Positions 35,885 through 44,247 of a stretch of 64,000 bases of DNA are shown here, in pieces; the stretch's first letter is position 1, and every line of letters starts with the position of its first letter. Source of the DNA: Planctomycetota bacterium (GTDB taxonomy: Bacteria > Planctomycetota > UBA8742 > UBA2392); NCBI GenBank assembly GCA_020845475.1, contig JADLFN010000049.1, forward strand, positions 3,062-67,061, in the 5' to 3' direction. The notes beneath the pieces were generated by a model, which saw only the letters and a list, made by a program, of their open reading frames with translations, did no database searches and had not been told where the DNA came from. Position numbers and translations under genes: made by a program.

Positions 35885-36334
35885 TCAAATGGCTATTTTC
35901 ATGCTTATGTCGAGTTTCACCGCCCGCTTGAGAGTGTTCGCCAGCGGCGAGCGCTGCAGCGTTTCAGCCCAGACGGCCTTGACGGCCTCGGCTGTCGCAA
36001 AGGTGCTGACGTATAGCCGCACGCTGATGCGCTTGATGGCCGTCGTGCCTTTTTCGCCAACTACGTCGAGGTACATCAGGGCGTTGTCCAGTTCGCCTTC
36101 GACAGTGGCCTCGGCGGAGTCGATTTCGACGCGGCGTTTTTTGGCGCGGTTCAGCAGGCCGTTGACGAGATCAGCGCCCAAGGAGCCTAGAAGTTGCTCC
36201 ACCGCAGTGATGCCGTCGTAGGCATTGTCAAAGGTAAGCGGGGCGCCCACCTCGAAGCTGCGCTTGCGCACGCGCACATCGGCCTGGCCATCAGGCCGGC
36301 TGGTCACGCGGGCGGAAAAACGCAGTTCGTCCAA
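35885..36334 (-). CDS. OsmC/Ohr-family protein
   Basis: 149 aa with ...GITAVEQLLGSLGADLVNGL...; size and pattern are OsmC-like. First gene of a 4-gene minus-strand operon. Confidence 0.5.
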   Translation of the reverse strand: MDELRFSARVTSRPDGQADVRVRKRSFEVGAPLTFDNAYDGITAVEQLLGSLGADLVNGLLNRAKKRRVEIDSAEATVEGELDNALMYLDVVGEKGTTAIKRISVRLYVSTFATAEAVKAVWAETLQRSPLANTLKRAVKLDISMKIAI

Positions 36335-36587
36335 GGTTCACCTGAAGCGCCATGAGGCGCGTTCAGGCCCATGGCTTAGTTGCGGCAGGATTGGTCAGGA
36401 TTCGGCACGCGAAGGCTCAAACCCGCTCAACTGAACGGTGTGCGCGAGAGTACTCGGCGGAACGGTGCCATGACGGGCGCAGCATGGCTCGCGCCATTCG
36501 CTGCGTCAAGCACGCCCATGTTCTTGTACAATCACGATTGCGTAACGCGGCTTTGGGGCCATACTTGCCACAACTTGAGGCAGGGCC

Positions 36588-39500
36588 GTGGGCGCACCGA
36601 CTGGCAACGTTACTCTCGTATTCACTGACATCGAAGGCAGCACGCGCCTTTGGGAGCGGTACGGCGACGCCTTCAAGGCCTCGCTTGACGCGCACAACCA
36701 TTGCATTCGCAAGGCGCTGGCAACGTACCACGGCTATGAAGTGAAGACCGAAGGCGATGCCTTTTTTGCCGTGTTTGCAAAACCGGTGGAAGCCGCGCTG
36801 TTCAGCCTGGAAGTGCAGCGGGAAATGCCTTCGATCCGGCTTTCGGGCGATGATGCGATTCGTGTGCGCATCGGGCTGCATACCGGCGAGCCCCTGGTGG
36901 AGTTTGACGCGCAGGGCAAGGCAGACTACTTCGGGCCGGCGGTCAATCGCGCGGCGCGCATTTCTTCGGCCGGGCACGGCGGGCAGACGCTGATGTCGGG
37001 CGCCATGGCCGAGCCCTTGCGCGAGGTCCTCGATGGCAAATGTGAATTCGCCGAGCTCGGCGAGTTTCGCCTGAAGGGGCTCGAAGAATCCGAGCGCATC
37101 GTGCAGATCGTGCCTTCTGAAGCGGCGATCAAACGATTTGGGCCGCTGCGCGCGCTGGCCGATACGCCCACCAACCTGCCCGCGCAAACGACCACCTTCC
37201 TGGGCCGCGACAAAGAGCTGCGTGCTTTGCGCGCAGTCTTGCTGGGAGACGACGCGCACCGCACCGACAACATCGGGCCGCTGGAGTCGATCTCGCGCCA
37301 GAATAGCGCGGCGGACACCGACCAGGTCACGCGCGAAGTCGTGTCGCAAAATCGCGGCGCGCGGCTGATTACGCTCACAGGCCCCGGCGGATGCGGCAAA
37401 AGCCGGCTGGCGATTTCACTGGCGGCGAGCGTGATTCAGCATTTTCCAAGCGGCGTCTGGTTCACCGACCTGGGTGACGCCCGCGATGAGAACGACCTGT
37501 GCCGACTGGTCATGGAGGCGCTGGGCAGCCAGTTGCGGCCGGGCAAGGCCTCGCCAGCGCAGCAGGTGGCCTGGGCGCTGGAGCAGGGTCACACGCTGCT
37601 GGTGCTGGACACCTTCGAACATTTATCCAAACACGCGCCCACTCTTTCACTGTGGTTGCGCACGGCGCCGAGGCTGCGCGTGATCGTGACCAGCCGCGAA
37701 CGCCTGCGTGTGGAGGGCGAGGCCGAGTTTCCCGTTTCACCGCTGGCCACGCCTAACTTCGAATCGCCCGAGACGGCGACTTCGCGCCTGAGCACGCGCA
37801 TCTCGAACTATCCCGCCGTGCAGCTTTTCCTCGAGCGCGCAAGCGCGGCAAGGCCGGGCTTTGTGCTTACGCCGCAGAACGCCGGCGCTGTGGCTGAAAT
37901 CTGCCACAGGCTCGACGGCATGCCGCTGGCGCTGGAACTGGCAGCCGCGCGCCTGAACGTGCTTTCGCCGCAGCAACTGGCCGCGCGGCTGGAGAAGGGC
38001 TTTGACCTGATTGCGTCAAAGAGCCGCGACAAGAAAAGCACGCGCCAGACAAACCTGCGCAACACGATTGAATGGAGTTATTCGCTGCTGGACCCGTGGG
38101 AGAAAACAGCGTTCTTGCAGCTCTCCTGTTTCGCGGGCGCGTTTTCGCTCGAGAGCGCGGAGGCGGTCATTGACCTCAGTGCGCCGCTTGACGACGCCGA
38201 AAGTGAAGCCGGTGATCCGCCGGAGATACTTGATGTCGTGTTCTCGCTGCGCGACAAGAGCCTGCTGGCGCTGCGCGGCGACGACGAGAAATACCAGTTC
38301 GAGATGCTGGGCCTGATTCGCACCTTCACGCACGAGCGCTTTGTGAAAACCACGAGCGAGGAATTCCAGCGTGACCTCGGCAAGCGCCACGCGGCGCATT
38401 TTCTTGAGCGCGCCGAGGCGATGCGCAAACTCATGGATTCGCCCATGGCCGGCGCGCTCAAGGACCTCGAAGGCTGGGGCCTGCTCGACGCGCTCAAGGC
38501 CATTGATACCTGTATTGCCCGCCACGACCTTGCCTCGGCCATCCGGCTGTTTCTGGCGACCACGGATTTGCTGGGCCGCGGCGCGCGCTTCCGCGACCAG
38601 ATGGAAAAGGGCAACCTCATTCTGCAAGCGATTCGTGAGCATTCCGGCGGCCTGGCCGGCGCGGAGTCCGATCCCAGGCTCGCGAAATTCCTGCCCAAGA
38701 TGCTGGCGGCGCAGGCCGCGGCGTGCATGCGCTCGCAGAAGCTTGATGAAGGGCGCGAAATCGCGCGTGAGGCCATTGAGCTGGCGCAACGCCTGAAGGA
38801 CCCGCAATCCGAGGCGGCGGCGCTCAATTATGGCGGCATGATTGAGCATTACGGCCAGAACACAAACCTGGCCATTGAGATGCTGGAGCGCTGCATCGAG
38901 CTCCGGCGCAAGCTGGGCGACCGCAAGGGCGAAGCCGGCGCGACCGTGAACCTGGCCATCATCCACGAGCGGCTGGCCGACTTTGAGAAAATGCGCGCGC
39001 TGCTTCAAGAAGCGCTCAATACTTTTACCAAGCTTCATGACAAGCGCAGTGAGTCCATGGCGATGAACAACCTCGGCGTCGCCTACGAGCGCCTGGGCGA
39101 TTTCGCGCGCGCCGATGAACTCTACCGCGGCGCTTTGCGCATCAAGACTTCCATGGGCGACAAAGTGGGCGCGATCCAGAGCCTGGGCAACCTCGGCACC
39201 CTGGCCACGGCACGCCTTGATTTCAAGCAGGCCGAAGAGCATTACCTCAAGGCCCTTGACCTTGCACGCGCCTCAGGCGACCGTCGCTCGCTGGCGCACG
39301 TTCTGATGCGCCTGGCGCTGGTCAACGTGGGCAAGGGGCCGGCACAGCTTGCGCTTCAGCGTGCCGAGGAGAGCGCCTCCATCAACGCTGAAATCGGCGA
39401 TTATCGCTCGCGCGCGGTTTCGCTTTCGGCCGTGTGCGCCGCACGTCTGGCTTCAGGCGACGTGGACGGTGCACGCGAAGCCGCGCGCGAACTTGTCATG

Positions 39501-39794
39501 GAGTCTTCCGAGCCCGGCGAGTTCGGCGCTTATGAAGCCGCCTTGCGCGCCGCGATGTGCGAGTCGCCCCAGCGCCGCAAAGAAATGCTCGATGAACTGG
39601 CGCGGCAGTACGCCGAGCCCGACACCACGCGCGCAGCGATATTGATCTGCATGCGCGCGCTTGACGAGCCCGACACAGAAAAGGCCAAGGCCATGATTCG
39701 CGGTGCGCTCAAGGAGCCGCGCAGTTGGGAAATGCTGGCGGACGTGGCTTACAAAGCGGCGCAGAAAATCGGCAGCGCGCCGTGGACAAAATAG
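36588..39794 (+). CDS. Class III adenylate/guanylate cyclase domain fused to a STAND-type P-loop NTPase and TPR repeats
   Basis: GNVTLVFTDIEGSTRLW...YEVKTEGDAFFAVF...IGLHTGEP...GPAVNRAARI. Walker A LTGPGGCGKSRLA. Multiple C-terminal TPR-like repeats (ALNNLGVAYERLGDFARA...). GTG start. Confidence 0.85.
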   Translation: MGAPTGNVTLVFTDIEGSTRLWERYGDAFKASLDAHNHCIRKALATYHGYEVKTEGDAFFAVFAKPVEAALFSLEVQREMPSIRLSGDDAIRVRIGLHTGEPLVEFDAQGKADYFGPAVNRAARISSAGHGGQTLMSGAMAEPLREVLDGKCEFAELGEFRLKGLEESERIVQIVPSEAAIKRFGPLRALADTPTNLPAQTTTFLGRDKELRALRAVLLGDDAHRTDNIGPLESISRQNSAADTDQVTREVVSQNRGARLITLTGPGGCGKSRLAISLAASVIQHFPSGVWFTDLGDARDENDLCRLVMEALGSQLRPGKASPAQQVAWALEQGHTLLVLDTFEHLSKHAPTLSLWLRTAPRLRVIVTSRERLRVEGEAEFPVSPLATPNFESPETATSRLSTRISNYPAVQLFLERASAARPGFVLTPQNAGAVAEICHRLDGMPLALELAAARLNVLSPQQLAARLEKGFDLIASKSRDKKSTRQTNLRNTIEWSYSLLDPWEKTAFLQLSCFAGAFSLESAEAVIDLSAPLDDAESEAGDPPEILDVVFSLRDKSLLALRGDDEKYQFEMLGLIRTFTHERFVKTTSEEFQRDLGKRHAAHFLERAEAMRKLMDSPMAGALKDLEGWGLLDALKAIDTCIARHDLASAIRLFLATTDLLGRGARFRDQMEKGNLILQAIREHSGGLAGAESDPRLAKFLPKMLAAQAAACMRSQKLDEGREIAREAIELAQRLKDPQSEAAALNYGGMIEHYGQNTNLAIEMLERCIELRRKLGDRKGEAGATVNLAIIHERLADFEKMRALLQEALNTFTKLHDKRSESMAMNNLGVAYERLGDFARADELYRGALRIKTSMGDKVGAIQSLGNLGTLATARLDFKQAEEHYLKALDLARASGDRRSLAHVLMRLALVNVGKGPAQLALQRAEESASINAEIGDYRSRAVSLSAVCAARLASGDVDGAREAARELVMESSEPGEFGAYEAALRAAMCESPQRRKEMLDELARQYAEPDTTRAAILICMRALDEPDTEKAKAMIRGALKEPRSWEMLADVAYKAAQKIGSAPWTK

Positions 39795-39815
39795 GGGCGA
39801 CACATGTGTCGCCCC
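39794..39815. repeat. Palindromic element GGGGCGACACATGTGTCGCCCC (copy 1), probable bidirectional terminator hairpin
   Basis: Perfect 22-bp palindrome overlapping the stop codon of the cyclase gene, between convergent genes. A near-identical copy lies at 49214..49245. Confidence 0.7.
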
Positions 39816-39840
39816 GGGTATTGCGAACGATCCAGGAGCA

Positions 39841-41115
39841 TCAGCCCCACACGCGCGCGCCCTGCACGCCGGCCTTGAGCAGTTCCCACAACGGGCGCTC
39901 GCTGCGTACCTGGCCGCTGAACTCCTCGCGTTTCTCGGTGCGCGCCTCGGTGCCGGCCTCGAGGTCGAGCGCCAGGCGTCGCACCGTCAGCTCGGGGTAA
40001 TAGCCGTCGAGGTCGGGGTTGTTCTCGTGGCGCGCGAGCTCTTCTTGCGCGAATTTCAATTCGGGCCAGATGTAACTGTCCATCAGCATGCGCTTGTACA
40101 GACCCAGTGTGATCGCGCTGCCGTCCTTGATATCCAGGGCTGAGCCGGCCGCCTGTGCCGCGCAATGGCCGCTGGTCAGTTCCATGCGCAATTCATAGGG
40201 ATGGCGCGGGTCGCGAATGCCCGCGGCTTCGCCCGCCAGCAGCCAGCCATCGCCAAAGAGCCTGCGCAGATCGCCAAGGCCGCCGCGGCGCCGCACCTGT
40301 GCCACGCGCCGCTCGCGCTTGCCGCCCTTGAAGAAGCGTGAAAACGCCGGATGCGTCAGGATGCGGTTGAGCGCGTCGTCCACGCCGAAGTGCGCGGCTT
40401 CAGAAGCTTCGCGCGGCAGCAGAACGCCCAGCGAGAGGGTCTCACGACCGGGAAACATCCAGGCGCGCGCCGTGGGCAGCCCGCCCAGCAGCTCGCCGGA
40501 AATCAGCGTGAGCTCGCCCTGCGCGGCAAGCGTGCTCATCTGCGTGTTGAGGTGTTCGTGCCCGACGTCCCATGTTTCGTGGGCGAGAATGATTTCCTGT
40601 TCGAGCAACGGGTCAAGCCTGGGCGCGAGCGCGTTGGCGGACTCGCTCTCTTCGCCGTCAGCGATGATCGTGACCGTGGCGTAAATGTCTTCGCCGTCGG
40701 CGGCTTTCACGCCGCGCACGCGGCCGCCTTCTTCAACGAGCAGGCCCTTGAAGCCGCCGCGGCGGTGAACGCCGGCGGCCTCGGCGTGCTTGCCAAGCAG
40801 CGCGATGAAATCGTCCATCTCGACGCTGACCAGATCCGCCTTGTCGGCGCTGGGCGTGCCGATTTCAGTGGCCGCCCACAGCTTGTTGTGCGTGCTCACG
40901 CGCCGCACGCGCGTCATGGCGCGCATCAGAGATTCATGGTGCGGCAGATCAGCCAGCGTGGCGCGGGCCACGGGCAGCGAGAGCAGTTTTACGCCCTCGA
41001 TTTCCAGTGGTTTTTCAAGCAGTACGACCTTGCGGCCATCACGGGCAAGGTTGAAGGCGGCCGTCAGCCCGGCGGGGCTTGCGCCAATCACGATCGCGTC
41101 GAATCTTTCAGCCAT
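39841..41115 (-). CDS. FAD-dependent oxidoreductase (FixC / ETF-quinone oxidoreductase / geranylgeranyl reductase-like)
   Basis: MAERFDAIVIGASPAGLTAAFNLARDGRKVVLLEK dinucleotide-binding fold; 424 aa from the ATG at 41115. Confidence 0.65.
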   Translation of the reverse strand: MAERFDAIVIGASPAGLTAAFNLARDGRKVVLLEKPLEIEGVKLLSLPVARATLADLPHHESLMRAMTRVRRVSTHNKLWAATEIGTPSADKADLVSVEMDDFIALLGKHAEAAGVHRRGGFKGLLVEEGGRVRGVKAADGEDIYATVTIIADGEESESANALAPRLDPLLEQEIILAHETWDVGHEHLNTQMSTLAAQGELTLISGELLGGLPTARAWMFPGRETLSLGVLLPREASEAAHFGVDDALNRILTHPAFSRFFKGGKRERRVAQVRRRGGLGDLRRLFGDGWLLAGEAAGIRDPRHPYELRMELTSGHCAAQAAGSALDIKDGSAITLGLYKRMLMDSYIWPELKFAQEELARHENNPDLDGYYPELTVRRLALDLEAGTEARTEKREEFSGQVRSERPLWELLKAGVQGARVWG

Positions 41116-41294
41116 GGCGCGGCAGGATAGCGAGGGCCGGGGCAGATTTACAGTGCTGAGTGGGAGGCTTTGGGCGCACCCGGCCCGCACGGGCGAACAA
41201 GGCCCCGCGTTTCAAACTCGTGATAGCCGCGCCGGAATTCCCAACGGGGCGAGCGAGGTTTAACTATATTGTGCGTAACACGGAGTGGCGGACG

Positions 41295-41912
41295 ATGGCG
41301 GACAATTTCAATCTCGACATCCTGATCAAGTCCATCAAGGATCTGCGCAACATGGAGTTGGCGCGCCAGTTGCGTGAGGTGCTGCGCACGCAAGATCTCG
41401 GCGGCATGGACACGGGCCTGATTTCCGAGCTGGTCGAGGAACTCGAGAACGATCTGGAAGAACACATATCGCGCCTGGAGCGCATCTGCGCAGTGCTCAC
41501 CGCCGAAGAGCGCCTGCGGCCCGAAAGCATGAACCACGCTCGCCAGCAGGAAGTGGCCTGGCAATCCAAGTGCGACCCGGATGAAGTGCAGGGCGTGTGT
41601 GAGGCCTTTGCACGCGCACGCGAACTGCTGGGCTCCATGGGCACGGGTGAACGCCAAAACCTTGATCTGCGCGTGCTGCTCACCAATCTTGGCGGCGTGA
41701 TGGGCCTTGAGGCTGTCAAGGAAACGCCGCAGGGCCTGCAGTTCACGCCCGAGTTTCTCCAGAAGCTGATGCAAAAGGGCATGGCCGGGCCAAAGGCCGG
41801 CGTCCCCGCGCGCAAACCCAACAGGGAACTGGCTGATTTCGAGGCCCAGTTCGACTTGGAGCAGCCGGCCCAGCCCAAGAATCGGCTACCGAAAGATTGG
41901 CGGGCCAAGTAG
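41295..41912 (+). CDS. Hypothetical protein (205 aa, acidic/helical)
   Basis: ATG at 41295 with GGAG about 8 nt upstream. MADNFNLDILIKSIKDLRNMEL... No family recognised. Confidence 0.5.
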   Translation: MADNFNLDILIKSIKDLRNMELARQLREVLRTQDLGGMDTGLISELVEELENDLEEHISRLERICAVLTAEERLRPESMNHARQQEVAWQSKCDPDEVQGVCEAFARARELLGSMGTGERQNLDLRVLLTNLGGVMGLEAVKETPQGLQFTPEFLQKLMQKGMAGPKAGVPARKPNRELADFEAQFDLEQPAQPKNRLPKDWRAK

Positions 41913-41948
41913 CCCGTCTCGAGATCCAAACCTTGCCAAGACCTGACC

Positions 41949-42041
41949 GATTCTCGATTCTCGATTTTCGATTTTCGATGGGCTCTGCCACGGCGTGGGT
42001 GCGCAGGTCGGCACTCGATAGTCGAAAATCCAAAATCAGCG
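41949..42041. repeat. Heptamer-periodic inverted-repeat element (arms 41949..41983 and 42014..42041)
   Basis: Arm 1 is gattctc gattctc gattttc gattttc gatgggc. Arm 2 is ctcgata gtcgaaa atccaaa atcagcg. Arm 2 shares tcgaaaatccaaaat with the element at 7862..7890. Confidence 0.75.
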
Positions 42042-42113
42042 GCCGGCCCTTGTCAGAACTTCACGGCGTCGCTACTCTCTCGCCCCTCAATTCTGATTCC
42101 GGAGAGATGTCTG

Positions 42114-42404
42114 ATGGTGACGCTTCGCATGACTCGCACGGGCCGCAACAAGCACGTGACCTTCCGCCTGGTAGCCTGCGACTCGCGCAGCCCCCGCGAT
42201 GGCCGGCATATCGAGATTCTCGGCCACTACGACCCGCACAAGAAGGAAGATCCCAAGCTCACGTTCAACAAGGAACGCGTGGAACATTGGCTCGGCCTGG
42301 GTGCACAGCCCTCGCTGTTGGTCAGCAACCTGCTTCGCAAGCAGGGCATCAATGGCAAGACCACGCGCGAACTGCGCCAGAAGGCTTCCGGCAAGCGCGC
42401 CTAG
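42114..42404 (+). CDS. rpsP: 30S ribosomal protein S16
   Basis: MVTLRMTRTGRNKHVTFRLVACDSRSPRDGRHIEILGHYDP...ERVEHWLGLGAQPS, canonical S16. Confidence 0.92.
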   Translation: MVTLRMTRTGRNKHVTFRLVACDSRSPRDGRHIEILGHYDPHKKEDPKLTFNKERVEHWLGLGAQPSLLVSNLLRKQGINGKTTRELRQKASGKRA

Positions 42405-42493
42405 CGACTCTTGCCGCTGTTCTGCTGCTTCTCAACTTCGGGGTGTTGGGCTGCACCGGCCCCACACCCCGTGATCTTGATAGAGACGCCACC

Positions 42494-43198
42494 ATGGAGG
42501 CGCGGGCCCGCGAATATGCGGCTCCCGTGCGTCCGCCCCTTGAGCCCGCGCCACAGTCGCAAGCGCCTTCGGCCCCCGTCCTTGAACAGTACGCCAAAGA
42601 CCTGGCCTCCAGCACGCCCCTGGTGCGCATGCAGGCCGCCAATCGCCTTCGTCAGGCGCAGGTTGCGGGTGTGCAGGCCTGCCTGCGCGTTCTTGATAGC
42701 GCCGAGTCGGCCGTGGCAGGGGCCATCTTGCGCTTCCTGGCCACGCTCAACCTTGAGGACATCGGTGCCGAGCCACAGGGTGCCGTGCGCCTTGCCGCGG
42801 CGCGCCACCTGAAATCTCCCGATGTGTCGCTGCGTGTCGCGGCTGCGCAGTTGCTGTGCGCCACGGGCCCGGGCCCGACGCGCACGGAGTTTTTGGCCGC
42901 AATCGTTGATCCCGAGCGCAAAGTGCGCTGGGCTGTGGTGCGCCGCTTTGCCGAATTCGCACACGAGCTTGAGAACGCCCAGCTCATGGTCCTGGTCAGC
43001 TTCCTGGCTGACGCCAAGCTTGGCAGCGCCACGCGCAACGATGTTCACACCTTGCTGCTTGCCGTGTTCGAGAAGTTTTCGCGCGGCTTGCGCCCCGAAG
43101 GATACGACCCCTACGCCGAGCCCAAGGATCAGCGCGCAGCTATCGCGGCCTGGGAGGCCTGGGCGCGCGGCGTGGCCATATCCCCGACGCCCCGTTGA
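42494..43198 (+). CDS. HEAT-repeat-like protein (possible lipoprotein; true start uncertain)
   Basis: Repeats such as PLVRMQAANRLRQ, SPDVSLRVAAAQLL and DPERKVRWAVVRRF. The same frame upstream encodes LATLAAVLLLLNFGVLGC (lipobox-like) but has no ATG/GTG/TTG before it. Confidence 0.5.
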   Translation: MEARAREYAAPVRPPLEPAPQSQAPSAPVLEQYAKDLASSTPLVRMQAANRLRQAQVAGVQACLRVLDSAESAVAGAILRFLATLNLEDIGAEPQGAVRLAAARHLKSPDVSLRVAAAQLLCATGPGPTRTEFLAAIVDPERKVRWAVVRRFAEFAHELENAQLMVLVSFLADAKLGSATRNDVHTLLLAVFEKFSRGLRPEGYDPYAEPKDQRAAIAAWEAWARGVAISPTPR

Positions 43199-43249
43199 GA
43201 ATTGCATGCTTTGACGCTACAAGTTCTGGCCGATTTCAATGGAGCCAAG

Positions 43250-44125
43250 ATGGCGAGTGTACGTGACCTGCAGGCCAAGGCAAAAAAACTGCTCTCCAAC
43301 TGGAAGCGCCAGATCGATCCGGCTCTCAAGAAGGATAACCGCAGCACGGTCACGCACCTGTGCCTGACCGTGCTGATGCGCAATTCCAGTTACAAGACGG
43401 CGCACGCCGCCGTGCAGGCACTGCGTGAGCGCTTTGCTGACTGGAACGAAATCCGCGTAACGCCCATCGCCGAAGTGGCCGTGGTGCTCGAGGATGCGTC
43501 AGTGCCCGAGCCGCGCGCCAAGGCATTTTCGCTGCGCCGCTTTCTGCGCGACCTGTTCAGCAAGTACACGAAGACCAACCTGAACTTCGACAAGATTGAA
43601 GTGCCCGAAGCGCCCGTGGTTCTTCCGCCCAACAAGGACGGCACGCCCGCAGTGCAGCCTGCTTCGGACGATGATGACGAAGACGGCGAGGAACACACTA
43701 CGCGCGAAAGCGGTTTGCCGCTGCATCCCACCGTGCCCGGCTACGTGGACGGCGACAAGATCATGACCGATCCGATCCCGCTCGATCCCAAACTGATCAT
43801 CGAGAAAAACGGAATCCACGTTGCGGGGATTGCCTACGACGACGCCACGCGCGGCCCATTTGGCGCGATCTGGAAAGTGGCGCTCGCCAACGGGCTGGTC
43901 GAGCCGGAACTCGACGCCTTTGCCGCGCTGGGCCGCTTGCGCCAGGTCATGCCCGAGAAGGAGCCCGCCGCCTTCGCGTTCTATTGCATCCTGCACGCCC
44001 AGGAAAACTGGGCCGAAGTCACCAAGAAGGCCGACGCACTGCGCGAAAAATACGGCCCCGTTGATAAGGAAGAAGAAGAGGAAGAAGACGAGGCCGAAGG
44101 CAAGAAAGCCAAGGCAAAGAAGTAG
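43250..44125 (+). CDS. Hypothetical protein with acidic/lysine-rich tail (weak endonuclease III/HhH-like resemblance)
   Basis: ATG at 43250 with GGAG 5 nt upstream. LTVLMRNSSYKTAHAAVQALRERFADWNEIRVTPIAEV...; C-terminus KEEEEEEDEAEGKKAKAKK. Confidence 0.45.
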   Translation: MASVRDLQAKAKKLLSNWKRQIDPALKKDNRSTVTHLCLTVLMRNSSYKTAHAAVQALRERFADWNEIRVTPIAEVAVVLEDASVPEPRAKAFSLRRFLRDLFSKYTKTNLNFDKIEVPEAPVVLPPNKDGTPAVQPASDDDDEDGEEHTTRESGLPLHPTVPGYVDGDKIMTDPIPLDPKLIIEKNGIHVAGIAYDDATRGPFGAIWKVALANGLVEPELDAFAALGRLRQVMPEKEPAAFAFYCILHAQENWAEVTKKADALREKYGPVDKEEEEEEDEAEGKKAKAKK

Positions 44126-44130
44126 CGTGA

Positions 44131-44204
44131 GTTCAGATTTCAGAAATCAGAGCTAATGCTGCGCCGGATAGAGCCTCTTCTGAATTCTGAATTCGGAGAA
44201 TCAT
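44131..44204. repeat. Heptamer-periodic inverted-repeat element (arms 44131..44153 and 44175..44204)
   Basis: Arm 1 is gttcaga tttcaga aatcaga gc. Arm 2, cttctga attctga attcgga gaatcat, is its imperfect complement, upstream of sucD. Confidence 0.7.
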
Positions 44205-44247
44205 CAGGTTCCGAAGAATCGAGCCCAGCTCAACTATCGAGAGTCCC

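Noticed and set aside
36395-36420. Direct repeat caggattggt/caggattcgg in the OsmC/cyclase divergent promoter region
   Set aside because: It is only two imperfect 10-mers, which could be chance. No symmetric operator or known box is recognised.
38016-39242. 408-aa minus-strand ORF inside the cyclase-STAND-TPR gene
   Set aside because: Antisense to clear TPR repeats, with no motifs of its own.
41897-42493. ORF-track 433-aa frame spanning rpsP
   Set aside because: The upstream part overlaps the unmistakable S16 gene in another frame. Only the portion after rpsP (HEAT repeats) looks real; see the finding on its missing start codon.
3791-44204. Possibility that the periodic repeats are CRISPR arrays
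   Set aside because: The units are 7 nt and contiguous, with no unique spacers. Each tract is under 50 nt, and no cas genes are present.
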